Below are positions 41,778 through 51,878 of a DNA stretch of 64,000 nt, piece by piece. Source of the stretch: Candidatus Latescibacterota bacterium. GTDB lineage: Bacteria; Latescibacterota; UBA2968; GCA-2709665. A model generated the notes under the pieces. That model made no database searches, was not told where the DNA came from, and saw nothing but the letters and a program-made list of their open reading frames with translations. Position 1 is the stretch's first letter. Each line of letters begins with the position of its first letter. The DNA lies in the NCBI GenBank assembly GCA_965226795.1, contig CBDDDZ010000005.1:2880001-2944000 (forward strand). The letters are read 5' to 3'. The translations under genes were made by a program, and so were the position numbers.

Positions 41778-44240
41778 ATGAAATACGTTCTGGCTTTCGC
41801 GGTTGCATTCGTCCTGGGGACGTCCGGCGAGAACCATGCCCGGTCGACCGACACCCTTCAGGCGCCGGTTGAAGCGCTTTACAGCGAGGGCATGCGGCTT
41901 TTCGAAGCGGAAGACCTGGACGCCGCACTGGCGACATTCAGGAAAGCGCTGGGTATCAATAAGAAACATGCACCGTCGCTGGTCGGCATGGGCCACGTGT
42001 ATTTGAAGCGCGGCGACCTGGATGCGGCCGAAGACGCGTTTATGGATGCCAGGCGCAGGCAACGGAAATTCGCGCCCGCTCACAATGGGTTGGGGTTGGT
42101 GTATATGCGGAAGAAAAAGGGGTTGCAGTGGGCAATCAGATATTTCCAGGATGCGATTTCCGCGGATCGAACGTCCTCCGAAGCGTATTACAATCTGGCC
42201 GCGACGTACCGACGAATTGGAGACACCAAAGAACTGATGGCCTACAAACGGCTCGCGAGAATCGCACCGGAACATTGGGATGTCTGGTTTCGTATCGGTT
42301 GCATCTACAAAAATGGAGAATCGGGAGAATACGTCCAGAACGAAAAGGCGGAAGCGGCCTTTCGGAGGCAACTCGAGGTCAACCCCGATCACGCGGAGGC
42401 ACGGCTGAATCTGGGAAAAGTATTGAGGGAACAGGACAGAACGGAAGAGGCCGTACCGCTTCTGAAACCACTTGTGGAGTCGCGCAATCCTCATCAGCAG
42501 CGGTCGCTGTTGGCGCTGGCAGAAGTCTACTTGAAGCAACGTGAATACGACCGGGCCGACGTCCTGTTCGACCGGTATCTGGAAGGCGTGGGGGCGGATA
42601 CGCAGGCCGTATATTACGACTTGCGCAAAGTCGCGGAGGAGGAGCAGGAGAGGTTCGATTCTGCGCCCGCGGCGGAGTGGAAAGCGCTTTGCGAGAAGTA
42701 CTGGGCGGGGCGGGACCCTGCCCCCGCAACGGCCGCAAATGAGCGAAAGCTGGAGCATTATCGGCGCGTGGCCTACTCGTTGGAGTATTTCGGACGGGAC
42801 CGGTTCCCATGGGACGTGCGCGGCGACGTCTATGTCCGGTACGGCCGTCCCGCCCATGTGAGCAGTTCCGGAAATATCCGATTCGAAACGGATCCGAAGG
42901 CGATAAGGATCAAGGAACGGATCGCGCTTCAGGCCGGCGATGCGGTATCCCAGATGCTCAGGGTGCGAAACAGCGAAACGACTTCCTTCGGTGGAAGGGT
43001 GGGAGGGATCGGACAGGCTGATGTTTTAGGGCCTATCAGCGAGACTCTGCGCGAGACGGAGGCGGCGGGGATCACCCGGACGGCGGACGGCGGCTACCGG
43101 GAGGTCCCGCTAGGCGACGGCTCCGGGGATCTCTCCGGCAAGCTGCGGATGGCGTCGAGCATTCTGGGCTGGCCGGTGTATCCGGTTTACGGCAAGGTGT
43201 GGGAATACTGGATTTACACGGACGTGGGACCTGGAATGGAGATTACGTTCACCCGCACGTTGGGACAGACGACTTTCAAATTCGCCGATATGCCGAGCGG
43301 CAAGGGCGGACACTCCCGCCACCTTTTTACGTGGCAGCGCATGAATCCGAAATTGCAGCTTGACCAGGTGGGGCGTCGCGTGCCCGTACTCTACCGGTCC
43401 GCGTTCGCCACAGGACCGCTGGCTTATTTTTTCGACTCGGCGGCGTTCAAGGGGGCGCAGGACGCCACAAATCTTGAGGTGTACTATGGAATTCCCGTGT
43501 GGGAGCTATCCTTCTCGCCGGGGCCCGACAGAAAACCCGCAACCCGACTGAAAAAGGGGGTGGCGCTCTACAACGAGTCGAATGAGCGGGTGCTTCGGAG
43601 AGACGGCGAATTTGAGCTGTTTTCCGATGTGCCGGCGGATACGGCCCGAAAAGCCTACGTACCGGAGATGTTCCGTGTTGCTGCGCCACCCGGCCGATAC
43701 CGGTTGTCCGTCCAGGTCCTGGAAATCGATACGGGCAGATCGCAGGTCTACGAGCAACAGGTCGTGTTGCCGCCATATCCCAGGGGATATTTAAGGCTGA
43801 GTGGCATTCAACTGGCCGCGTCAATCCGTCCGGCGGACAGTGATCGATTCCGCAAGGGGGACATCCAGGTCGTTCCCAATCCCACGCGGGCGTTTGAACG
43901 AGGGCAATCGGTTTTCATTTATTATGAAGTGTACAATCTGAAGCGAGACGAACTCGGAACCACGCGGTTCCGGGTGTCCTACGAAATGCGGTCGGCGTTG
44001 AGCGAATCGGTGGGCGCCCGTATTCTGGGCGGAATCGGAAAGCTGCTGATCGTTCGGCAACACAATCAGGCGTCGATTTCGATCGAGTACGCCCATATTG
44101 GCAGTCGTGAAGACGACCAGGGATACGTGGAGTTGGACATGGCCGCTTCCGATCCGGGAGAAAAGTTCCTGACGGTGACCGTAACGGATCAGGTGTCAGG
44201 ACAGACAACGACGGGAACCACGAGATTGAGTATCAGATAG
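41778..44240 (+). CDS. Second TPR and GWxTD-domain exported protein
   Basis: Signal peptide, TPRs, YWAGRDP...NERKLEHYRRVAYS...FPWDVRGDVYVRYGRP, LSGIQLA, YYEVYNL. Confidence 0.87.
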   Translation: MKYVLAFAVAFVLGTSGENHARSTDTLQAPVEALYSEGMRLFEAEDLDAALATFRKALGINKKHAPSLVGMGHVYLKRGDLDAAEDAFMDARRRQRKFAPAHNGLGLVYMRKKKGLQWAIRYFQDAISADRTSSEAYYNLAATYRRIGDTKELMAYKRLARIAPEHWDVWFRIGCIYKNGESGEYVQNEKAEAAFRRQLEVNPDHAEARLNLGKVLREQDRTEEAVPLLKPLVESRNPHQQRSLLALAEVYLKQREYDRADVLFDRYLEGVGADTQAVYYDLRKVAEEEQERFDSAPAAEWKALCEKYWAGRDPAPATAANERKLEHYRRVAYSLEYFGRDRFPWDVRGDVYVRYGRPAHVSSSGNIRFETDPKAIRIKERIALQAGDAVSQMLRVRNSETTSFGGRVGGIGQADVLGPISETLRETEAAGITRTADGGYREVPLGDGSGDLSGKLRMASSILGWPVYPVYGKVWEYWIYTDVGPGMEITFTRTLGQTTFKFADMPSGKGGHSRHLFTWQRMNPKLQLDQVGRRVPVLYRSAFATGPLAYFFDSAAFKGAQDATNLEVYYGIPVWELSFSPGPDRKPATRLKKGVALYNESNERVLRRDGEFELFSDVPADTARKAYVPEMFRVAAPPGRYRLSVQVLEIDTGRSQVYEQQVVLPPYPRGYLRLSGIQLAASIRPADSDRFRKGDIQVVPNPTRAFERGQSVFIYYEVYNLKRDELGTTRFRVSYEMRSALSESVGARILGGIGKLLIVRQHNQASISIEYAHIGSREDDQGYVELDMAASDPGEKFLTVTVTDQVSGQTTTGTTRLSIR

Positions 44241-44340
44241 ACGGCTCGTGGCAATGGAAGCTGCGTGCAGCGGCGAATGCGGAGAACCCGGCAAGGTCGG
44301 TAAATTCCGGCACGTAAACAGGGTTTGTGGGGAGCGATCC

Positions 44341-46626
44341 ATGAACGGATACCCGCCAGCCTGGCTGGCTCTGGCATTTGTTCTGTCGGCTTGTGCGGGA
44401 GAAGAGGCCGTGGTTACCGTTTCCGGCGCCGTGGCGCGTCCCGGACGGTATGCCCACAGGCCCGAATGGACCGCCGACGATTACGTAGAGGCCGCCGGCG
44501 GATATACGGCGGAAGCTGTCGCGTCCGAAGGAAAGTTGATCCGGGTGCGGCGGGACAGCGTAACCAACGAGGAAGCGAACCGGTCGTGGTGGCCTCTGGC
44601 ATCGTCGCCCCTTGTCAGGGCGGGGGATGTGATCCTCGTCCCGTTTCGGACGTACGCGGTGCGGATGGATACGGTATGGCCCCTGGAAGACCTGACCCTT
44701 CGCTGGCAGGATAGGGAATATCGGGTTCCGAGAGGATGGCTGGCCGAAGGCCGGACCAGCGCGGGGGTGATGGTTGCCGCCGTGATTGGAGAAGGCACGG
44801 TGGTCGGAAACGAAAGCGGCGATACGCTGGGCAGATTTCAGTATCTATATCTTCACTTGCATCCCGCCGTATATGACGAACTGGCCATGCCCGTCGGAAG
44901 TCCCGATGAGAACAGCCTTCTTCTGGAGGATGCCCTGGGTATCCATCAGAGTATTTTTTCCAGAGTCCTGCACCGGTCCGGCGAACGCGCAGAAATGCCC
45001 CCGGAGGGGTATTTTCGGGTCATTGCAGGCGTGTGGCCAAAACCCCGAAGCAAGACCATGCCCGGTTCGGGCATTCGTAAGCGAAAATACAGAGACGGTC
45101 GCGAGTGGACCACGTTTCCGGATGGCAGGCAACGCATGGTGTTCCCCGACGGACGCGTGGAAATGGAATTGCCCGACGGGTCGCGTGAAAAACGCCTTGC
45201 CGACGGCAGGGTCGAGGCGACAGATCTGAAGGGAGACGTGCTGGTGACGCATCCCGACGGAAGAATCGCCGCCACATTTGCGGACGGAAACCGGGAAGAG
45301 CGGTTTGCCGACGGGCGCATCGTGCAACGCTTCAAGACCGGAACAAAGCGTACGATTTTTCCGGATGGCAGGGAGCAAACGCGATTTGCGGACGGCACTC
45401 TGCATGTCAAACGCAAAGACGGAACCGTGGAGATGACCTTTCCCGAGGGGATGAGGGAAACGCGACATGCGGACGGGCGGAGGGTGGCCGTGACCAGAGA
45501 AGGACACCGGGTGACGGTGTTCCCGAACGGACGACGTCTGACCCGGACAGTGGACGGTACGGTACTCGAAGAATTCGCGGACGGGCGGCGCGTGCAACGG
45601 GGCCCGGACGGCGAGCGGGTGGAGGTGTTTATAGACGGGACCAGGCGAACGGTCTTGAAGGATGGCTCCACGGTGATCCGGAAACCGGACGGCTCCCGCG
45701 TGGAGCATCACGTGGATGGCATGGTAATGGAGATATTTCCGGGTGGGCGCAAGGTACAATCCGGCGCGGACGGCGTCCGGCTGGAGACGTTTCCGGACGG
45801 CCGGGAGGTACAGACCGACGATCAGGGCAACCGGCTGGAGACGTTTCCGGACGGCCGGCGTTCTCAAAGCGACGCCGAAGGCAACCACGTTGAGGAGTTT
45901 CCGGATGGGACGCAGGTCAAAACATTCGTCAACGCCTACAGGTACTGGGGACCGTTAGAGAGCAATCTGGTGGAGGTCGACGACACGCCGGAGCGGCTGC
46001 CTCCAGGGGTTCGTCTGCAGGTGGCTGGCGCCGTACGTTCCGATCTCGAAGGCATGCTGGCGGCGGTTTTCCGGTTACCCGATGGGAATGTTTTTGAAAT
46101 TCCCGTCGAACGTGAGAAAAAACGCTTTCACTGTGTGTTTCCGGACAGCGTTTTTGCGGCATCCGGGCATTACCGGGTGCAGGTCCGGGCGCAACTCACC
46201 CGCGGGTCCGTGGTGGCCGAAGACCGGCCGCTGGTCGTGGGGGATCCGCGACCGCTTGGGAAGATGGTCCTGACGGTTATGCCGTTTCGGGGCGCGGATG
46301 ATGCCCGAAACCGACTTTCACAGATGATTCATACGGCGCGCAGCCGTCTGGAGTTGCCGGTCCTCGAGGCGCACCCGAAACTGATGGAGTCCGCCCGGGC
46401 TAAACTTTGGGACGTGCTGTCGTCCGGCGCCTTCACGTGCGAGCGGGCACACGGGGGCGCGGAGAGTTTCGCCCGGGGTCCTTCCGTTGAGGAGGTATAT
46501 ACATTTATGATGCTGAGCGGAGCTCACAGAAAGGCCATTCTGAGTAAAGAATGGACGCACTGGGGCGTGTCCGTCCAACAGGACGGTGGGGACATCCTTG
46601 TGGTAATGGTTTTTGACACCACTTGA
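44341..46626 (+). CDS. Lipoprotein with an SLBB domain, a long beta-hairpin (F)xDGx repeat array and a C-terminal CAP/SCP-like domain
   Basis: Lipobox LSAC; VTVSGAVARPGRY...AAGGYT...AGDVILVP; about 30 xDGx turns at a 9-aa period; FMMLSGAHRKAILSKEWTHWGV. Confidence 0.75.
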   Translation: MNGYPPAWLALAFVLSACAGEEAVVTVSGAVARPGRYAHRPEWTADDYVEAAGGYTAEAVASEGKLIRVRRDSVTNEEANRSWWPLASSPLVRAGDVILVPFRTYAVRMDTVWPLEDLTLRWQDREYRVPRGWLAEGRTSAGVMVAAVIGEGTVVGNESGDTLGRFQYLYLHLHPAVYDELAMPVGSPDENSLLLEDALGIHQSIFSRVLHRSGERAEMPPEGYFRVIAGVWPKPRSKTMPGSGIRKRKYRDGREWTTFPDGRQRMVFPDGRVEMELPDGSREKRLADGRVEATDLKGDVLVTHPDGRIAATFADGNREERFADGRIVQRFKTGTKRTIFPDGREQTRFADGTLHVKRKDGTVEMTFPEGMRETRHADGRRVAVTREGHRVTVFPNGRRLTRTVDGTVLEEFADGRRVQRGPDGERVEVFIDGTRRTVLKDGSTVIRKPDGSRVEHHVDGMVMEIFPGGRKVQSGADGVRLETFPDGREVQTDDQGNRLETFPDGRRSQSDAEGNHVEEFPDGTQVKTFVNAYRYWGPLESNLVEVDDTPERLPPGVRLQVAGAVRSDLEGMLAAVFRLPDGNVFEIPVEREKKRFHCVFPDSVFAASGHYRVQVRAQLTRGSVVAEDRPLVVGDPRPLGKMVLTVMPFRGADDARNRLSQMIHTARSRLELPVLEAHPKLMESARAKLWDVLSSGAFTCERAHGGAESFARGPSVEEVYTFMMLSGAHRKAILSKEWTHWGVSVQQDGGDILVVMVFDTT

Positions 46627-46779
46627 GAGGCATGGGGAGCGGAGGATGCAGATACCGAAAGGGCCGCCACGAATCTGGCGGCCCTTTCCGGATTGAAATC
46701 GACTACCGCACCGGTCCTAATGTTCCGACCCCGGGCCGGACGGCGCCCGCACCCGTGTAGCAACGACGATGCGGACCCG

Positions 46780-47862
46780 TTATTTGCGTCCGTATTGCAG
46801 GATGAAGTCTTCCACCATTTCCCGGGCCTCTTCGTCGCTGAACTGCTCGGGCGGGGTCTTCATAAAGTAGGACGAGGGGCCCGGCAACGGCCCCTTCAGG
46901 CCGTGCTCGAGGCCCAGCTTGCAGCAACGAACGGCGTCGATAACCACGCCGGCGGAGTTGGGCGAGTCCCAGACTTCCAGCTTCAGTTCCAGGTTGAGCG
47001 GCACACCGCCAAAGGTTTCGCCCTCCATCCGGATGTGGCACCATTTCCTGTCTTCCAGCCACGGCACATGATCGCTCGGGCCGACGTGTACATTCTTCTC
47101 TCCCAGGTCGTAGTCCAGCTGGGAGGTAACGGCGTTGGTTTTGCTGATCTTTTTGGATTCGAGCCGGGAACGTTCCAGCATGTTGTAGAAGTCGGTATTC
47201 CCGCCAAAGTTCAGCTGGTACGTGCGCGTAAGCTTGACACCTCGTTCACGGAAGAGCCGGGTGAGTACCCGGTGGACGATGGTGGCGCCAACCTGTGATT
47301 TGATATCGTCTCCGATGATGGGAAGGCCGTGCTTTTCAAAGCGTTCGGGCCAATGACCCGCGCTCGCAATAAAGACGGGCACGCAGTTGACAAAACCACA
47401 ACCGGCCTGAAGAACCTGCTCGACGTACCACTTCGTGGCTTCTTCGCTGCCTACCGGGAGATAGTTGACAACCACGTCGGTTCCCGTGGCTTTCAGAACC
47501 TCCGCCACATCCACGGTACTGCCGTCCGCCTTCTTTATGACCTGGCTGAGATACCGGCCCAGGCCGTCGTGGGTCATGCCGCGCTGAACGGGCACGTCGA
47601 GGTGAGGAACATCCGAAAATTTGACGGTATTATTGGGGTCGGTGAAGATCGCCTCACTGAGGTCTTTGCCGACCTTGTTCCTGTCGATGTCGAACGCGGC
47701 GGAGAATTCGATGTCGCTGACGTGATACCCGCCCAGATCGGGATGCATCAGGCCGGGTATGAAGCTGTCTTTCTTAACATCTCTATAATATTGGACGCCC
47801 TGTACGAGAGACGATGCGCAGTTGCCGACGCCGACGATGGCAACCCGGACTTTTCTGACCAT
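46780..47862 (-). CDS. ino1: myo-Inositol-1-phosphate synthase
   Basis: [40 protein letters not shown]. Confidence 0.96.
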   Translation of the reverse strand: MVRKVRVAIVGVGNCASSLVQGVQYYRDVKKDSFIPGLMHPDLGGYHVSDIEFSAAFDIDRNKVGKDLSEAIFTDPNNTVKFSDVPHLDVPVQRGMTHDGLGRYLSQVIKKADGSTVDVAEVLKATGTDVVVNYLPVGSEEATKWYVEQVLQAGCGFVNCVPVFIASAGHWPERFEKHGLPIIGDDIKSQVGATIVHRVLTRLFRERGVKLTRTYQLNFGGNTDFYNMLERSRLESKKISKTNAVTSQLDYDLGEKNVHVGPSDHVPWLEDRKWCHIRMEGETFGGVPLNLELKLEVWDSPNSAGVVIDAVRCCKLGLEHGLKGPLPGPSSYFMKTPPEQFSDEEAREMVEDFILQYGRK

Positions 47863-47956
47863 TGAAAGACTCCTTAGAGGGTTGAAAACCTGCCGTAATG
47901 AAATTAAACGGAGCTTAAAGATAGGAACATTTATATATTTGACAAATGAATAATTA

Positions 47957-47984
47957 CTATATTATTTATAGATTATTTTTATAG
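47957..47984. promoter_or_regulatory. Probable LysR binding box between the divergent ino1 and lysR genes
   Basis: The palindrome CTATA-TTATT-TATAG contains T-N11-A and lies in a strongly AT-rich patch. Confidence 0.5.
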
Positions 47985-48133
47985 GTCTTGCGTCGGCGCG
48001 TTCGGGGCACAATTCCGTTCGGGCCGCGGTGCCGAAACCTCGGAACGGCAGTCGGCCACAGCCGCCACACGTTCAATCCCTGCCGGGGCCGCGCCGGTAC
48101 CACCGCGTTTCGCTCGTGTCCAAGGGGGCGTTT

Positions 48134-49057
48134 ATGAACCTGCAGCACCTGAAATATTTCCTGGCCGTGGCCCGCGCAAACAGCTTCAGCAGGGCCGCGC
48201 GAGAACTGCACGTGACACAGCCCACCGTCAGCACCGGGGTGGCGGACCTGGAGCGCGCGCTGGGGATCCGCCTTTTCAACCGGGGCAGCCGCCACGTGGG
48301 CCTGACAATGGAGGGTAGAACGCTGGTGAATTACGGCATGCAGATCCAGGATCTGGTTGAATCGACTGAAGATCGGCTGAAGCGCCGCGACGTCCTCCCG
48401 GGCGAAGGATTTCAGTTCGGGGCGATCGACGCCGCCGTGACCTACCTGCTGCCGGAAATCCTGAAGGCATATATGCGGGATTGTCCGGATGTAGCGCTTT
48501 CCGTACAGGTGGCGCCTTCCAGGTACCTGGTTGAGGATCTGCTTATGAACCGTTCTGAATTCGCCGTAATTTCGCTTCCGTTCACCCATCCGAAATTGAA
48601 AACGGTTTCCATTTATGGAGATTCCATGCCCCTGGTCGCGGGGGCGTCGCATCGGTTTTCCCGGCGTCCCTCCGTTGGCCTGCAGGAAGTCGCTGAGGAA
48701 CCCCTTATCCTGTTTCACGCCGATTCCGTGTCACGAAAAATCGTAGACGAACGGTTCGCGGAGGCCGGTGTGTCCCCCGGCGTGGTTATGGAAATGCGAA
48801 GCCCCGAGGCCATGCGGAAACTGGTTGAGGTAGGCGTGGGAATTTCTTTCCTGCCACACCTGGCCGTGCGGGACTCTCTGACGTCGGGAGCGCTGGTGAC
48901 CGTACCGGTGAAGGGAGTACAATTCAGCCGCGAAATCGGCGTGGCGTGGCGCGAGGGACGCTATTTCGGCCCTGCCATCCGGCACCTGCTGGACGCCATT
49001 TATGAACGGTTCGGGATAGCAGTGGGCGGGAGGCACGGCGACCAGACGGATGTCTAA
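48134..49057 (+). CDS. LysR family transcriptional regulator
   Basis: LKYFLAVARANSFSRAARELHVTQPTVS...LE..LG.RLFNR. Confidence 0.95.
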   Translation: MNLQHLKYFLAVARANSFSRAARELHVTQPTVSTGVADLERALGIRLFNRGSRHVGLTMEGRTLVNYGMQIQDLVESTEDRLKRRDVLPGEGFQFGAIDAAVTYLLPEILKAYMRDCPDVALSVQVAPSRYLVEDLLMNRSEFAVISLPFTHPKLKTVSIYGDSMPLVAGASHRFSRRPSVGLQEVAEEPLILFHADSVSRKIVDERFAEAGVSPGVVMEMRSPEAMRKLVEVGVGISFLPHLAVRDSLTSGALVTVPVKGVQFSREIGVAWREGRYFGPAIRHLLDAIYERFGIAVGGRHGDQTDV

Positions 49058-50226
49058 ATCTTTACTGTAATGACGTCCGTCGCCTTCAGTGCCTGTTCAA
49101 TCAGCGGGGAGAGTTCGAGTTTCGGTTCGATCGCATGAACCGTCTTCAGATCGGCGCGGGTCTCCGGATGTTTGGGCACAAAGACCGTGCAACAATCTTC
49201 ATAGGGCTCGATCGAGATATCGTAGGTCCCGATGCGCCGGGCGAGATCGATAATTTCCTCTTTGTTGTCGCCGCATAGTGGGCGCAGAAGGGGCAGCGGT
49301 GTCACTTCCTCGATGGCGCGCATGTTGGACAGGGTTTGCGAGGCGACCTGACCGATACTCTCGCCCGTAACGAGGGCCTGTGCGCCTTCTCGCTCGGCAA
49401 TGGTTTCGGCGATGCGCAACATCGCTCTGCGATAGAAAATCACCCGGTAACCGGGCGGCGCATGGGTCATCACGCGGCGCTGGATTTCAACGAACGGGAC
49501 CAGATACAGCGTCGATTGGTACTGGTACCGTGTCAGCACGCGGACGAGTTCCTCGGTATTGCGCTGGGAGCTTCGGTTGGTATACGGCTGGCTGTGAAAG
49601 TGTACGAATGAGAGCCGCACGCCGCGTTTCATCGTCTTGTATGAAGCAACCGGCGAGTCGATTCCGGAGGACAGCAGACTGACGGCACGCTCGTTGGCGC
49701 CGACGGGCAGACCGCCGGGCCCGGGTGTTTTCCCGGTGTAGATGAAGGTGCCCTGGTACGAAATTTCGATGAAACAGGTCAGGTCCGGGTCATCCAGCTT
49801 GACCCTTGCCCTGGAGAGGGTCTGGACATGGGCTCCGACGTCGCGGTTGATCTCCTCAGACGTGAGCGGGAAGTTCTTGTCGCCGCGACGGGCTGCAATC
49901 CTGAAAGAGCCGAATTCCACGTTCCGGACGACGTCCCACGCCTCCGCCCGTATGCGTTCGATGGAGTTGGGCACGCGAACGGCTTCGGAGAAATTCGCAA
50001 TCCCGAACACGCCGGCCAGGCGTTCCCGGATGGGTCCAAGATGTGCGTCCGGTGCGAGTTCCAGGGTAATGCGACCGGAAAGACGGCGGGCGGCGCCGTG
50101 TGGCAGGCCTTTCAACGCACGTGCGATATTTGTGAGCAGTTGCTGTTCGAACCGGCCGCGGTTCCTCCCCTTCAGGCCGATTTCGTGGTAGTGGATGAGG
50201 ACAACCCGTTCGGGCACGGCGTCCAT
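49054..50226 (-). CDS. thiI: tRNA 4-thiouridine synthase ThiI (no rhodanese domain)
   Basis: EIGLKGRNR, a THUMP domain, the SSGIDSPVA PP-loop, GQVASQT, EDCC. Confidence 0.95.
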   Translation of the reverse strand: MDAVPERVVLIHYHEIGLKGRNRGRFEQQLLTNIARALKGLPHGAARRLSGRITLELAPDAHLGPIRERLAGVFGIANFSEAVRVPNSIERIRAEAWDVVRNVEFGSFRIAARRGDKNFPLTSEEINRDVGAHVQTLSRARVKLDDPDLTCFIEISYQGTFIYTGKTPGPGGLPVGANERAVSLLSSGIDSPVASYKTMKRGVRLSFVHFHSQPYTNRSSQRNTEELVRVLTRYQYQSTLYLVPFVEIQRRVMTHAPPGYRVIFYRRAMLRIAETIAEREGAQALVTGESIGQVASQTLSNMRAIEEVTPLPLLRPLCGDNKEEIIDLARRIGTYDISIEPYEDCCTVFVPKHPETRADLKTVHAIEPKLELSPLIEQALKATDVITVKI

Positions 50227-50291
50227 AGCGTCTTTCCGAAGCGTCGTTCGCGGCGAAACAGGCCGGGATCGGTGCTTCCAGCGGTTGGCCG

Positions 50292-51401
50292 CTACATCGC
50301 TTTTAAAATGTGGTAGAGATTGTGCAGAAAGATCCGGTTGTCGCCGTCGACGTATACCATCTCTCCTCCCATGCGGCTGAATGACTTGCAGAATCTGAGA
50401 TAGTAGGCAGGGTTATCTTTCGGCGGTTCGCCCCTGGACCAATCCCAGGTCATGGGCGAAAGATCGTTGACAACGATAAATGGGCGCACAACGCACTTGT
50501 TTTCCTGAATTCGAAGATTGTTGGCCAGCGAAAGGGCTTTCTCAAAGACCTGCGGCGCCATGACGGCCGAACCTATTGAGAGAAACACGCCGCCATCCAG
50601 ATCGACTACACCCCGGGTAAAGACACGAAAGTCGATATCCGCACCGCGCCCGATGGCCGCACCGTTGGCGAGGTGGTGGTTGTGGATGATGTCGTAACCG
50701 ATGCCCGGATGTACCGTAAGCGCAACACCGAGGCTGTATGCCTGGGCCGTTAGCGACGTATCCTTAAACGGGTGTTCCACCCGGCAGCGGCCGGAAGGAA
50801 TGTCAAATCGAGTAACGACCTGCAGAAGGTCGGCGTACGCCGGCATGGCGGGCCAATCCGTGGGGTCGTGAACCCAACGGCGCAGACCGGATGCCAGTTC
50901 GCCGCGGGTAGGTATGTCGCAACCGTCGTCGGAGATGAATTTTCCGAGGGATTCGCCGTACCCCATGCCCTTTAGAGCGCCGGTGAGAACGGCCAGATGA
51001 ATGTAGCGACCCGTTTCCTCCCATGTGCCGAAACATCCCTGTGCGACGTTTGCCCGCACGTCTTCTTCGGAGCACCCCTGAAATGCGTATTCCCAGTCGT
51101 GAATGGTGCCGGCTCCGTTTGTGGCCAGATGGGTGATCCAACCTGCCTCCATCATGCGTACAACAACCGGCCCCAGGCCATTCTTGACCAGATGCGCGCC
51201 GTAGGCCAGCATGACGGAAGCACCCCGCCGCCTGGCACGGTGGATTTCTTCAGCAACTCGCCGGAGCCTGTCCACCAGCATCCCGGGGGCGGGAGCGGGT
51301 GTGTCCGGGTCAACCATGATCTCTTCGACCGAGAATTTGCTATGTCTTTCCGACAGGGGTCTGAGGACGACATCGCGGTGATCGATCTGTTGGTAGGGCA
51401 T
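50292..51401 (-). CDS. Conserved protein with a deoxyhypusine-synthase-like fold
   Basis: YGAHLVKNGLG, ATNGAGTIHD, SEEDV, GSAVMAPQVFEKALS. Confidence 0.65.
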   Translation of the reverse strand: MPYQQIDHRDVVLRPLSERHSKFSVEEIMVDPDTPAPAPGMLVDRLRRVAEEIHRARRRGASVMLAYGAHLVKNGLGPVVVRMMEAGWITHLATNGAGTIHDWEYAFQGCSEEDVRANVAQGCFGTWEETGRYIHLAVLTGALKGMGYGESLGKFISDDGCDIPTRGELASGLRRWVHDPTDWPAMPAYADLLQVVTRFDIPSGRCRVEHPFKDTSLTAQAYSLGVALTVHPGIGYDIIHNHHLANGAAIGRGADIDFRVFTRGVVDLDGGVFLSIGSAVMAPQVFEKALSLANNLRIQENKCVVRPFIVVNDLSPMTWDWSRGEPPKDNPAYYLRFCKSFSRMGGEMVYVDGDNRIFLHNLYHILKAM

Positions 51402-51414
51402 ACAACCGGTTTCC

Positions 51415-51840
51415 CTATTCAGCCACCCAAACCCGTCTCAGCGGGACATCGGGAGATTGGCAGACGCCGCCGTAGATTGTCACGGCGGTTATTTTGTCGT
51501 TCCGAAACCGGCACAGGTGCACTTCGGTCGCTTCCAGACGTTTGCCATACAGCGCTTCGGGCAGTCCGGGAAGGGGCTGGTTTACAATGCCCTTATGGCG
51601 AAACTCCACAGCGACCATGTCGCCGCCGGCGATGACGTTGAGAATCTCGAGCCGCAGGTCTCGCTCTTCCTCGTGGCAGCCCCGCCAGAGCGCCACCATG
51701 TTATCCGCGCCGCGGATGTCCAGTCCGCCGCCAACCATGGTCGCGCCGTCGTCGTAGGTTTCCCGAAGGCGGTTCCAGTCCGAGGCAAATGCGGCTTCGA
51801 GGGACTCCCTGGCAATACGCGCGTTTTTCCTTGATGACAT
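51415..51840 (-). CDS. SnoaL-like / ester cyclase (NTF2 fold) protein
   Basis: D....ETY.D.A, IRGAD, IAGGDMVAVE, RFRNDKI. Confidence 0.8.
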   Translation of the reverse strand: MSSRKNARIARESLEAAFASDWNRLRETYDDGATMVGGGLDIRGADNMVALWRGCHEEERDLRLEILNVIAGGDMVAVEFRHKGIVNQPLPGLPEALYGKRLEATEVHLCRFRNDKITAVTIYGGVCQSPDVPLRRVWVAE

Positions 51841-51878
51841 TGGGAACACCTCCGGAATTTCAAATCCACGTTTTATTG

